From Cladosporium halotolerans (Eukaryota): 64,000 nt of DNA. The notes beneath the pieces were generated by a model. The model saw nothing but the letters and a program-made list of their open reading frames with translations, was not told where the DNA came from and searched no databases. Positions within the stretch are counted from its first letter, which is position 1; each line of letters begins with the position of its first letter. The stretch is taken from assembly GCF_011745625.1 (NCBI RefSeq), contig NW_027191452.1, positions 558,001 to 622,000 of the forward strand. Reading direction: 5' to 3'. The translations under genes and the position numbers were made by a program. Positions 11,242 to 23,624 of this stretch are shown here, piece by piece.

Positions 11242-13250
11242 TGGCCGTGGCCGTGGCTGTCTCGGGCGGGCAGCGCAAGCAGGAGGCCTCAGGGCAGGGC
11301 GGCGGATGCGGCGGTCGACTGGTCTGGACTTGCACGCCTGGCGACGGCGGCGGTGCGGTGTGGTGAAGCGCAACGGCTCTTCGTGCAGCTGCCAGCACCG
11401 GCGGCGGTTGGGCTGGTGGTGCGGCTCGCGGCGACGGGGCGAGCGACGAGGTGTCGCGTTGCTTGGCGTGCCAGCCCTGGCGGCGCGAGGGCTGAGGCAG
11501 GCGAGGCAGGCTCTCTTAGATTGCCCGGCCGGCGTTGGGGAGGAACTGATTTCGCTTGCGGGCGTGGGCGTGGGCTAGGCGTCGGCGCAACAACTGCGGC
11601 GGCTGCGGTGACAAGCAGGCAGGTGGGCAGTCGAGACGCAAGCTCCTGAAAAACAATACAGCCAGCAGGCTGAGACGGCGGTAGCTACGCGGGCAAAGTT
11701 TGAGTGGAGGAGCTGCATGCGAGTGCGTGACCTGGCAGAGGCTCGCTGGATGATGTAACGGCCGGGCTGCCGGCTCATGCTGCAGGTTGGCTTAGATGGC
11801 CTCATACGTTCCTCGCCTGCTGTGGGATGAGGTGGGAGGTGGAGAATCGACGGCCACAGGCGTTGTTCTGGAGCGCGCGGCAGGGCAGGCAGGCGGCAGG
11901 GCAGGGAGGACGTGGGTTTGCTCGGCTCGCTGGTGCCCTTGGTGGGTGTCCAATACCGCAATCATCCTGGCCATTCGCCGGGGATCTCATCGGGTGTGAC
12001 ATCACACGCTGTTGCTGGTGCTATCTTGGGAAGGGGAAATCATGCATGGCAGCGAGCCGTGCGCCTGTCGTGCCAGCCTTCCATGCCTTAACCCGCTCGT
12101 CTCGTCTGGTCCCGAGTGTCAATAATGGACGCACGCCTTGCCAAAAATAGGACCCCCGCCGATCCAACAGCATGCTGACGGTGTTGGAACGCGATGATAG
12201 GCAATCGCAGGTTTTGAAACAGCACCAGCTGTCACCACCGCCAGTCACACCCAACAGCGCTAACCTCACACCTGCGGCGTCTGCGAAGGTCTATGCTTGT
12301 CACGGTGTTTCACGTGCTTGCCGAGCGGATTTCGGACAGAGCATACACCGACGTGTTTATCCGCACCCTATTGATCTTGAGAGTTCTGAATCATGCTGTT
12401 CAAGGTTGGATTCGGTCTTGAAAATTCTACGTAGAAGGTGGAAGTCGTACATATGAATGGCGGGAACGAAGTAAGATATACATGGTCGCTGCGGCGTGTC
12501 CCATTCAATTCCAATTTTCAACTTCATCGAAAGACGCCAGAACTGCGTACGCTGTGCGACACAATTTCATGAGTCTTGAGATGTTTCCATAACTCTCTTA
12601 AAAGTTGATTTCTGATTTTGTTTGTGGGTGCAGGTGGGCGGGCCGGAATTGAAGAAATTGCCCGTATTTAATAGGCTCCTCAGCTGGGAATGTTGTAGAT
12701 TTTGATTGATTTTCCGATATATAGTTTGCAGGTCGAGAGTCGCGCAAGGCTGCAAACGTAAATACAATGCACCCACTCACTGCTTTCTTGGTGAGACTAA
12801 CGTCGCAAACCATATCAAGCCAATGCAGGAATATAATTCGACTGCTGAGGTACCGCGACGCTGCGTAAAGGCGATCTTGGAGGAACGCTAACAGTAAGAC
12901 CAACAAAATACACACCAAGTCATATGAATGGTGATCGTAAGCACACAAGCCTTGCGTTACGAATGTGTATTGTCTTGTTGTCATTCGCTCACGCAGAAGG
13001 GTGTCTTGATTGAACGTCACTTTACCGACGGGCCGGCCCCCTCCGTCCCCCGACGCTAAGCCAGAAAAGATTCGACTTGGGAGCGCTCCAGCGGATGCCG
13101 ATGGTGAGCTTGGAGACAAGAGCAACACTACTGGAACGACCTGACATCACAAGGCATACCTGCAAAACAGCCTTCAAACACCATCATCTCGAGACACAAC
13201 CTAAAGTCGCACCCCTCCACCAGCCTACTTTCACACACCTCTAGACCAAC

Positions 13251-13728
13251 ATGAGCGGAATGGACATGTACGTCACACGAGTAACGGGATCGGAGTGAAC
13301 ACCAGTCTACTGGTCGTTTGCTCCAGCATCAATCGGCGCACTCGGCGCAATGACAGGAAGAGCAGCAAACTGACGAGACCTGACACGCAGGCTGAACGCC
13401 GCCGAGCAGCGCGAGCTGCAGGGCCGCATGGAGCGCAAGCAGATGAAGGACTTCATGAACGTACGTCCATTCCCATCCGACACTCAGTGAATTGGAGCTC
13501 TGAAAATAGCTAACCCACCTTGCGCCGATGTAGATGTACTCAAACCTTGTCCAGCGCTGCTTCACCGACTGCGTCAATGACTTCAGCTCCAAGTCCCTTC
13601 TCTCCAAGGAGGAGGGCTGCGTCATGCGCTGCGTCGACAAGTTCCTCAAGAGCTCCGAGAGGCTCGGTGAGAGATTCCAGGAGCAGAACGCCGCGATGGC
13701 GCAGCAGGGTGGCCTGCCTGGAAGGTAA
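13251..13728 (+). CDS. TIM9: Mitochondrial intermembrane-space small Tim chaperone Tim9
   Basis: Two GTACGT introns join [42 protein letters not shown]...[14 protein letters not shown] (twin CX3C motif). Confidence 0.93.
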
Positions 13729-14106
13729 GCGCGGACGACCGCGCGTGAAAGCAAGATGCAATGAATGGGGAAGTGAGCGGGGAAGCGAACGGTCCGAGGG
13801 AAAAGCATTCGGATATTGTATTATTGGAAGACCTGGCATTGCATGGAGTTTGGGCCTTCTCAGGATTGTGATGAGAGGAGGCAGACTCGACTCTCGGGGC
13901 TAGGTCCTGGTTTGCGGATCGGGCTCGCTGCCGAATTATTCTGTGTTATAATCGAGCCCTGCACATGTTTTGTACAAGTTGCGAAAGCGTACCATGCGCC
14001 GTTAAAGTTTCATTGAATCTACTGGAGCCCCTCAAGCGAAGCGTAGTCTCGTATCGCACCCATGAATCCTATCTCATGCCGAGCCATTTCATCGTCAAAA
14101 CAACAT

Positions 14107-14991
14107 TTATTCCTTCGGCAGCAAACCTCTAAGACTGAGATCGTAGACAACGTCCTCCACTTCCTTGACCTTGTACTTGACACCATCGCTGCGCTTGCGG
14201 AGCGAGTCGTTCTTGAGGTTCAGAATTTGGAACCCGGCATGAACATCCTTGATGAACCGAGCGATCTCCATCGGCCGCTTGTAATCACCCAGAGTCACCG
14301 AGTTTCTTGCCAAGCGCGCCAATTCGTCGAGCAGCGAGATCAGGCTCTGCAAGTACTCCTCGATGGTGAGGTGGAAGGCGTCGCGGTCCTTGAGGTTCGT
14401 CGGCACGTCCAAAATACGGCCCACGTCTTCGAGAGTGAGGAGCTGGCCGGGCGCGGTGTCCATGCCACCCAAATAACCGCAGAGCAGGATGCCGAAGACG
14501 GCGCCTTGCATCTCGCGCGTCCATGAGTAGCTGTATTTGTAGTAAGGGTACTGCGAGGCGGTCTTGGACAGAGTTTGGATGGAGGCGATCTCCTTGTTGA
14601 TGCTCTCACGCGCGGCAGTCAAGACATTCGGGACTGAGTTTGAGTCAGCGCTTCCTCTTCAAGGAGATTTCCCTGGGTTGAAAGGGTGCGGCGTACGTTC
14701 TGCCGATGGCGTCGAGTGCGCTTTCGAAAGGACTGCTTGGGTGGCGCGGTCTGCCAGTCTACGTTAGAGGCCATCTTTGATCCGACTACTTCGCAAAAAT
14801 TCGCCTTACTTTGCTTCTCAAGGGTCTGGACGATCTCGCGAATGGCCTAAATGGGCGGTCAGTAGGCGCGTTGCCAATGGCTCGTGTGCTAAATCTTGCT
14901 CGCCACTTACGTCCTTCACCGCGGTGTCCTCATCAATCTTGCGCTGCAGGTCCTCGAAGATACCCTGACCAAAGAGAGCGCTTGCCGCCAT
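14107..14991 (-). CDS. TSN1: Translin family protein
   Basis: Three introns. MAASALFGQGIFEDLQRKIDED...; conserved FHLTIEEYLQSLISLLDELARLARNSVTLGDY and LNLKNDSLRKRSDGVKYKVKEVEDVVYDLSLRGL. Confidence 0.9.
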
Positions 14992-16022
14992 GATGATTCT
15001 GTCTGATGTGTGATGTGTTTTGATTCTTTTTGTTCAATGGAACGCTGACGCGCTGGACTTCAAAAAGTTCGACCTCCCATGCTCCAAATTTGCGGGCGAA
15101 CGTCAAAGACGAACACTGATTCAATCAGCGCAGTACGATAACATATCATCACCGCACTTTTGGGTGAGGCACCCATCGCGATGGATGACGAAGCAATTTG
15201 CCTTGTACTCACCGCCCCGTAATCCTGACGCACTCGGTATTTGCAGGTGAAGTGACATGTACAATAGAAACATTACAGCTCGCCAGGTGTCCCTCACTTG
15301 TGTGAACTTGAAGCCGGTGGTAGCAGCTTGAAGACTGTCTTATGAAATAAATTGAGTTCGATATACGCGAAAGACTATCATTTGTCCGGTGCCGTATTAT
15401 ATTGGCGATTTCTCCACGCCATCTTATATGAGACTGGTGTTGGGCATGATGGCAGTAGCTTAGACAGGGAAGAGCAGCTTCGATAGATCGTAATTGACAG
15501 TTTAACCTTTACCTCGGAGGATCTCACAAGATTCTCGGTGGCTTGAGATGATTCGCTCTATTTGAAATTTATGGCAGTAGCTCAAACGGCATCCCACCGT
15601 TGATCATGACATTCCAAAAACAGGAAGCCTAGGGTTCAAGGTCTCTCACAAGTGCATATTAATGGCTTGACGTTGTATCGTCTGGTAGGAGCTCATTTCT
15701 CATTGCCACTGTCGACACGAGTCGATCGAAGCCACTGGGCCCCAAGGCACATCACGATAATCTATAGTTCAGTTCTCAATGGCAAATGCAACGAGCCTCG
15801 TCACAAAGTGAATGATAGCAGCCTACATATTGCTATCGCCGCAGAGGTTAGAAGTCCGGGGTCAAACACGTCCCTCTTGCAATGTCAGGCTCATTCCGCA
15901 CACCTTGTGGAAGAAGCTCATAATGTCGTTATCCTGTGCTGCATTCTTGACTCTCATCTTGTATGTACCATCATCTCGATGCAGTTACAGTCGTTCGACT
16001 GGTTCCGCTCTTCCGAGACTAC

Positions 16023-17671
16023 TCAGATGTCCTGCTTTGCTTGGTCTTTCGGGGAGAGAGACATCGGACCTTCTTTGACCATCAGAGTCATGACTTCGTA
16101 TAGGACATCGGCAGCAGCCTATAAATGTGCATCAGTGTTATTCAGTGAAACGCTTTGTAACTTTGGGACTGACCATGGTAGTAAGCTCGGCGTTCGTGTC
16201 GTAAGCGGGAGCTACTTCAACAATGTCGGCAGCAGCGAGATTGATGCCTTCCAATCCACGAATGATCGTCCTGATCTCACGGGTGCTAGCACAAAAGTCA
16301 GCTCCTGTAAGTATCTGGTGCGATGATCGGTTTACTCACGACCATCCGCCAGTCTCGGGAGTGCCTGTGCCCTGCATTTGATCAATGTTAGAAGAGTCCT
16401 ACTACAAGTTTCGAGCCAACTGACCGGAGCAAAAGCTGGATCAATCGAATCGATGTCGATCGAAAGGTAGACAGGAGAGTTCTTGCCTGTGTTGGTGTGT
16501 CAGAAAATCTCCGGCGCTCGCAATCCGAAATTCCGGTCAACTCACCAACGCGGTTGTGGATTTTCTTGATAATGCCATCAATGCCGATCGTATCGATCTC
16601 TCTAGCTTCAACGATCTCGAACCCGACGTAGCCATCGTTGTCGTAGTCAGAAAGTCCACTGAGAGTCGTGCGGATACCCGCGTGGATGTTGGTATCGTTC
16701 TTCAGCAGACCCTCCATTGCGGCGTGGTAAAAGTAAGTACCATGGTTGATACTGGCCACCTTACTAGGTGCACCGCCGAAGACATGCGGACGCCAGGTAT
16801 CTAAATGTGAATCAAAGTGTATAACAGTGATTGGGCCGTAGGCTTTGTTCATACTGCGAAGCAGAGGCAGCGTGATCGAGTGGTCACCCCCCATGGTGAT
16901 CACCCGGGGGAAAGTCTTGCCTTGCTTCGACAGACCAGGAACACCTGCATTTGTAGCGGGCTCACGCATGAGAACACTGTTGTGTCCTTCTTCAATCTGT
17001 TGAATAGCCCAGGCGGGATCGTACGAGGTGACTGGGACATCGCCACAGTCGAGAACCTTGGCCCAGCTGTTGAACGGGTTGGCGGCGAGCGGGACGTTGT
17101 AACCTCCGCTGCAAAGCACGGTTCAATCAGCAAAAGCATAATACATAGTTTTTCGGGGCAGGAGACATACTATAAGTTCAGGCGACGGCTGCCCTGTCGG
17201 ATACCTTGGGGCCCCTGAAAGACGAGCTTGGTTAGCAATTTCATGGAGCCTGCAACAACCCAATGATCGTATTCAATCGATCATACTCACTGCGAGAATG
17301 TTAGTCAGAGTTGAATGATTGCAAGATGCCAGAGAGTCAAATGATTACCAAAGCGTGCACCTGGACGATAGGAAGTCGAAGTGTCGTGCGGAGCTCCGAG
17401 GAAAGCGATGTCGTACTTGACATTCTCAGTCGCAAGGCAAGGTGCATATTGCAACCGACCGAATGTGCTGATTCCAGAAAAGACAGAATCCGCCTAGATT
17501 CGTTAGCAGTGTTCAAGCAAGTCGAAGATTTATACCAACCTGGGTGCCGCCATCACCAGGTAAGGTGTTGTACCAAAGACCCTGGTGTGGTCCTTGAACA
17601 GGAGTTTGATCGTGATCGGCGTGGCAGTACGCCGAAGTTGCGAGTATGGCAGTAGCAGCAAGGTACTTCAT
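16023..17671 (-). CDS. Agmatinase/guanidinobutyrase-family ureohydrolase with an N-terminal signal peptide
   Basis: MKYLAATAILATSAYCHA signal-like start. Motifs GAPHDTSTSYRPGARFGP, GGDHS, HFDSHLD, SIDIDSIDP, GTGTPETGG and ADIVEVAP. Several introns, including a complex (twin) intron at 17215-17349. Confidence 0.92.
17215..17349 (-). other. Spliceosomal twin intron (stwintron), [D1,2] type with a possible [A2,3] alternative route
   Basis: Minus strand: TTT|G[GTAATC...CTAAC...GCAG]TGAGTA...GCTAAC...TTTCAG|GGG CCC. The internal intron 17348-17290 interrupts the GTGAGT donor of the external intron. Confidence 0.85.
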
Positions 17672-18237
17672 TTTGAATGAAAGACAAGTGATCCTGATAC
17701 CTTGATGAGATGCTAGGGTGAGCAACTCAAGATATAAAGCTCAAGTGGGCGGGTACCTCTACTGCTTCACTAGTCCCTTCAATGGAGCTCCGGCATGACA
17801 ACCAATGTTTACTAAAGATTGGCGTACTGTGTCGTCATGTCCTTACCAGAAGAACCAGATCGTCTAGCACTTGCCGATAGGCGAGGAGATGCACGTTTGG
17901 CCGTCGGCGCACACGTGGAGTCATGCAGCTAGAACATGCAGCTGCATCTACCTTCTGCATAGGTTCTAGATTGACAGATGCGCCACAGCCCGGGTGCTCG
18001 CAATCTATAGATTTTGTTGGTCATCACCACATTGAAGATGAAGATAAGAGCCCCGGCCGACCAGACCAGGGTAGCTTCTCAAAGCTACGTGTAGTTCCGG
18101 AGTTGGTGTCTCAGCATCTATCCATGCCTTCTTGGCCAGATGCGACCATGAAAGGGAAAAGGTTACTGTAATCAAAACTTCAAACGTAGGAAAGACGTGA
18201 AGTGTTGTCACTGCGTAGCTCCTCACGATATTTGCAT

Positions 18238-19788
18238 TCAGGCGTCACCAATCTCCGCCCCTTGTCCAGAGTCCATTCTCTTGAACGCATTTTGGACCTG
18301 ACGATCCCAATCACTCCAATAGACAATCGCCCATTCTGCGAAGCCCACCAGATACAGAGCAATACATTGCCCAACCCATAGACCCGCTAGCCCCCATCCG
18401 TTGAATGCAAGCCATACACCCAATGGCAAGGCACCGCAGTAGTAGCTTACAAGATTGACCGCCGCACCAACGTGCTGTCTGCCCATCCCTCGCAAGGACC
18501 CACCGCAACTACCATTGAGACCGTCTGCAATCTGAAACAACGCTACGTAAGGTAGTACCTCAGCGGTCAGTCGAATGACCCGATCATCGTCATTGAAGAT
18601 GCGCGCAAAGTCGTTGCGCGTGCCCATCAGAACGGCGAGGACGAGCGTACCCAACAGCATAGAGAGCCAGGCCGCGGTGTTGGCGGCTCGTTTGGCGCCT
18701 TTCGGGTCGCGCGCGCCAAGTAGGTTTCCGACTCTGGCACTCGCTGAAACTCCTAATCCGAAAGGTATCGTGTTGAGCACTTGATCTGCCGTCATAATGC
18801 AAGACTGTGCTGCTAGCGAAATCGATCCTAAGTTACCAGCGGCGATGGCAACAATCTCGAATGCCCACCACTCGGTGCCAACGTGTACCACACCAAGTGC
18901 CGCAATGCGGGCAAATGTGGTGACATTCTCCATCGATTTTCGACTCCATCCGCCCCAACACTCCCATCCGCTGACAAAGCGCGTATATGCCAGCAGAAGC
19001 AGGAAGCTGAGCCAATACGAGATGCCAGTGGCCAAAGGCGCCCCGAGGAGACCCATGGAGAATGTATGGATGAACAAGAAATTGAGGCCGGCATTGATCG
19101 GAGACGTGATGCACAAAACGTATGTGCCAGGTCGCATAATTTCTTGTGCTTGGAGGTATTTCTTCAAGCATTCGAAGTAAATGTACCCAAGCCCGCCGGG
19201 TAACAGAACTTGTAGAAACTTGGCTCCATCGCGGGCAATGAACTCCTCCTGGCCCAATGCGCGAAAGATCGGGCCAGCGCAAAGCCATAATATAGCCACA
19301 GGCACATAGAACAAGGTTAAGACCAAGAACGCTCGTTGAAGAATGATGCCTAGATCATGCATGCTCTTGCCTCCAGTAAAAGATGCGCTGGCGAGAGTGT
19401 CGATAGCCGTTGTGCCGCCCATGCCGATCAACCAGGCAGTACACATTGCCCACATGTAGCAAAAGGCAGAAACAGCCAAAGCCTCGGGCCCTAGACGACC
19501 AACGATGAGGACTGATACTGTCTGCAGAGAATTTTGCAGTGTGTAGGCAAGAATGACCGGTATCGATCCCTTGAACAGGATCCAAAACTCCTGGACAACG
19601 TTTTTGAGGTATGTCTCAGCGTCGATCCCATTTTCATCCGTTTCGCTGATCCTAGATCCAGAAATGATTTCCGGGCGTAATAGTGATGTTTGCTCGTCGG
19701 GCGTATCGTAAGAAACCGATGGGTTTTTGCGGAACATCTCGGGCAGCCATGAACGCCCATCTCGGCTGTCGTTTCGTCTGTCATCCAT
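18238..19788 (-). CDS. MATE family efflux transporter (Erc1-like)
   Basis: Intronless ~516-aa ORF with about 12 hydrophobic segments. MATE motifs GGTTAIDTL, KKYLQAQ, EWWAFEI, RVGNLLGA and GSLRGMGRQ. Confidence 0.92.
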   Translation of the reverse strand: MDDRRNDSRDGRSWLPEMFRKNPSVSYDTPDEQTSLLRPEIISGSRISETDENGIDAETYLKNVVQEFWILFKGSIPVILAYTLQNSLQTVSVLIVGRLGPEALAVSAFCYMWAMCTAWLIGMGGTTAIDTLASASFTGGKSMHDLGIILQRAFLVLTLFYVPVAILWLCAGPIFRALGQEEFIARDGAKFLQVLLPGGLGYIYFECLKKYLQAQEIMRPGTYVLCITSPINAGLNFLFIHTFSMGLLGAPLATGISYWLSFLLLLAYTRFVSGWECWGGWSRKSMENVTTFARIAALGVVHVGTEWWAFEIVAIAAGNLGSISLAAQSCIMTADQVLNTIPFGLGVSASARVGNLLGARDPKGAKRAANTAAWLSMLLGTLVLAVLMGTRNDFARIFNDDDRVIRLTAEVLPYVALFQIADGLNGSCGGSLRGMGRQHVGAAVNLVSYYCGALPLGVWLAFNGWGLAGLWVGQCIALYLVGFAEWAIVYWSDWDRQVQNAFKRMDSGQGAEIGDA

Positions 19789-20036
19789 AGTCAAGGTGTA
19801 CTGAGCTTAATTGCAGTGAAGTGCAGAGAACAAGACCGTATTCGAAGGGGTAGACTGCGCTCTTCAACAACGCTCGCAAGACCCACTGAATCGACTTTGC
19901 ATCTCCCTTCCGACATGCTTATAGATGTTAGCAAGAAAATGTTACGTACCACCTACCAGCTCTGCGAGTACTCGGAAGCCTATCGTTCATGACATGATTC
20001 TCAGAGATGGCGAAAGCCTGAGTTAGAGTATGCATG

Positions 20037-20928
20037 CTTATCTGCCCGTCGGCCAGCTGAAGTGGAGGAGACTGATGCAGGTCGGCGCCGATTCGTGCGC
20101 GTTGGCTCCAGTCGCGAGCGACCGGGGCGCTTCTGCAGGCCGATAAGCACGACGCGCGCATTTTGTATCTACTGTGGCCGAGATGTCCACAGCCACGCGG
20201 CTTGGAGTCATGAAGAACGAGATGCGGAGGTTGAATTGAATCAAGCCTCTGAATGACGTTTCATGCATTGGTGTCTGGTGACTGGTCCATGCGTCTGGCC
20301 GAAGAAGTTCCCTTCATGCATCGACACAGCACTTTGCAGTATCCAGGAAGAGATAAGGTGATCGATGAATACTTGACGAATACCTACTGTACTGCAGATT
20401 GCCGGCCTACCCAATCGCCTCCGTAGCCTGGTTTTGCGAAAGCACTTCAATCCAGCATGAACCGCGTGCGATTGAGTTGCACTCAAGTCTCATGATAAGA
20501 TACACATCTGCCTCTTGTCTATCGGCACGATTTGGTCACGACACTCAAGAAAGTGCCATTCAAAATCTCGGCTACAATTGCCTACAACTTCCAAGCCTTG
20601 TGCCTTAATACAACTAGCGACGTTCATTGGCCTGAATGAACCAATCGAATCGGCATAGGTCGGGTTCCCTTATCAGCGCCAGTGGCGCAACATCCATGCT
20701 TGTGCTGATTGAAGAACGCTTCTCGACTGGCGCCGCTGCCAAAATCCAGCTTTCATGCAGCTCTAGGGCTGCAAGAGCGATCTGGCCATGTTGTCGTACA
20801 GTCCCCGGAGAACTAAAGTTTTGTTAGTCACTATCTGTCCGTTTCATTCGATGGTGTCCGTACCTGAGGTAAATTCCGCGCCGTCGTAGCAGTTCTGTAA
20901 GATGCATATACGATGTCAAGCTCTTATC
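20037..20928. promoter_or_regulatory. Cluster of six GATAAG sites (AreA/Gat1-type) in the divergent MATE/permease promoter
   Basis: GATAAG at 20142, 20352 and 20494; CTTATC at 20037, 20669 and 20923. Confidence 0.55.
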
Positions 20929-20995
20929 CTTGATTCAATGCTTCAATCTAAGATATTCTCGATCATCTCAAAGGGCAGGCCTTTAACCAATCAGA

Positions 20996-22748
20996 ATGAA
21001 TACGCTCATGCTGTCACAAGAGAAAAAGGTGTCTTTTGAAGCGCCTCAACGAAGTCCTACGCCCACTTCAGGTGTCGTGCAAGAGCTAGCGGATCGTCGA
21101 ACTTCTATCGTCAGCAAAGAGGGGGAAATAATCAACGCTTCCGGCCACCGAGACCAGCTTCAGCGACAATACGGGCTCCTTTCAATATGCGGCTTGGCTC
21201 TGAACATCAACTCGGCATGGATCGTGTTCGGGGGGTCTCTGACGATCTCTGTGCTGAACGGCGGACCACCCGGCATCATATACGAATTCATCGTGGCTGT
21301 CGTCTTTTACAGCTTCATCGCCGCATCCATCGCGGAACTAGCGAGTAGTATGCCATCATCTGGTGGCGTCTACCACTGGGCTTCGGTTACCGCAGGCGTC
21401 AAATGGGGCCGTAGCATTGGCTTTTTCTGCGGCGCCCTCAACTTCTTCGGATGGATCTTCGATGTCGCCTCGGTTGTTTCCATTCCGGCGAACGTTACAG
21501 TCCAAATGTATGCCATCTACAACAAGGACTTTGTCGTCGAGCCTTGGCATTCATACGTCGCTTTTGTCTTGATCACCTGGCTGTGTACCGCTTTCGTGAT
21601 CTTCTGCAACAGGCTTATCTCACATCTGCAGTATGTCGGCATGTCTCTGATCATTTTCGGCGGTCTGATCACCATCATCGTTGTTGCTGCCATGCCAGAG
21701 AGACACGCAAGCAACGCCTTCGTTTGGAGTGATTTTCAGAATAGTACCGGCTGGAACAACGGCGTGTGCTTCCTTGCAGGTGTGCTGAACGGCGCTTTCG
21801 CCATAGGTGCGTCTAACGATCCGTTGAGACCGTGTTAACATGTGAAATTGACTGCGCTCTCAGGCACACCAGATGCGGTTACGCACATGGCTGAAGGTAG
21901 GTCCAGACACATACTCAATGTTTTCGAGATAGTAGGAGCTTGCGCTTACCCTGCTGGTCCTAGAATTGCCCAACCCGAAGGTCGACCTCCCAAAAGCGGT
22001 CTTCGCGCAAGTTGGTCTCGGTTTCTTGACTGCACTTTGTTACGCTATTACCATCCTCTATGGGATTAACGATCTGGATGCAGTGGTCAACAGCAGCGGT
22101 TCCTTCCCCCTTGCGGAAGTGTACAGGCAAGCAACTGGCAGTGACGGCGCGACTTTCGGTCTGCTCTTCATCGTCTTGCTGAACATGCTTGTGTGCAACA
22201 TAACCACGATCACCATGGTCGGCCGGCTTTTCTGGGTGCTCGCGCGTGACAACGCTACCCCATTCTCCGGATTTTTCTCTCAGGTCAACGAAAGGCTTTC
22301 TTGCCCGATCCCTTCTACTATCCTCTGCGCAGTGCTTTGCACGGCCGTAGGTGCGATTCAGCTTGGCTCCAAGACAGCTTTCAACAGTCTCGTCGGGTCT
22401 TTCATCATCCTGACAACGGCAAGCTATCTCCTGGCCATCTTGCCACACCTGCTCACGAAGCGAGCAAACATTCCGAAAGGACCCTTTTGGATGGGCGATC
22501 TCGGATTCGTGGTCAATGGTATAGCTTGCGTTTTGATCGTGTTCTTCAACATCTTCTTCTGCTTTCCCTATGCGTACCCTGTCGAGCCTATCTCGACGAT
22601 GAACTGTAAGTTTCACCTGCGTCTTGCTGTGAAGCGGAGCTGACACGTCTCAGGGAATTCGGTTATCTTAGTGGGAGTTTGCGTGATCACATCTACTGGC
22701 TGGCTATATTCGAGAAAGAGATATGAAGGTCCAAAGCTATACCATTAG
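20996..22748 (+). CDS. APC-superfamily amino acid/choline/GABA permease (Hnm1/Uga4-like)
   Basis: INASGHRDQLQRQYGLLSICGLAL and IAELASSMPSSGGVYHWAS motifs. Three introns join AIG|TPDAVTHMAE|ELPNP...ARDNATPFS...MN|WNSVIL...YEGPKLYH*. Confidence 0.9.
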
Positions 22749-23305
22749 ATACTTGGTCCAGGGTGACATCAACGTACGAGACGGAGATGGCGCACTGACC
22801 GCGACAGCAACGGGAATTTGCGGGCGTATCGGGGAATCTCGGACAGCAATTCTTACCACAGCAAGCGGCCTCTTGGCCTCTCTGCACTCTCCTGTGAACA
22901 TCCTCACGTTGCGTGACATCGAATGCCGCTCTCAGTAATGAAAGACCTCCATTGCAGCCATCAAGCATTCTCAGTAAGGTGTCATACCAGACGCAAGTAT
23001 ACAGCCGCAGAAATGACGTTCCAATTGGCGGAGTAGGAGTCTTGCTGATGGATCGCATTGCTACAATTGTCCGTAAGCCTGTACTTTGAAGTGTATGGGA
23101 GATGTGACAGCTCTCAACTGCCGCCCTACTCATGGGGCGTCAAATCGTTCCGTACGGTGGGGCTTGGCTGCGCAGTGGTATAGCGACCGACAGCGCAACT
23201 GGTGCGGCTGATCAACGCCTCAAAACGCGCTCATGGGCAGAGCCGTGCGGAAGCGATCAATCACAGCACGAGCAGTTAATTCCATCAATCAATCATGCAA
23301 CCCTT

Positions 23306-23324
23306 GCGGGGCCCCAGACTGGGG
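23306..23324. promoter_or_regulatory. Three adjacent CreA/Mig1 consensus sites (SYGGRG) upstream of the sugar porter
   Basis: GCGGGG 23306-11, CCCCAG 23312-17 and CTGGGG 23319-24. TATAAA at ~23522; ATG at 23625. Confidence 0.5.
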
Positions 23325-23624
23325 ATCGTCAAGTGGATTTAGCCGCCCCCCACACCACCAGCCAAACCCGACAGCATCTCAAGCACATTACCCGCCTTGG
23401 TATACTACAATAACGATACCAAGCAAAGTCTGCACACCTACCCCGCTGAGGCCAAGCGAACGTTTCAGTCGGTCGTACATCGCACGAACGGTCGTCGGAA
23501 CGAAACCCCGGCATCGGTCGATATAAAGTTGAGGGCTTTGCCCACAAGCCATGTTTCACAACAAAGCCTCTGCGTCCTCGCCTCCTAATCGATTCAAACA
23601 AACACTCAGCATCTCTACTTCAGC

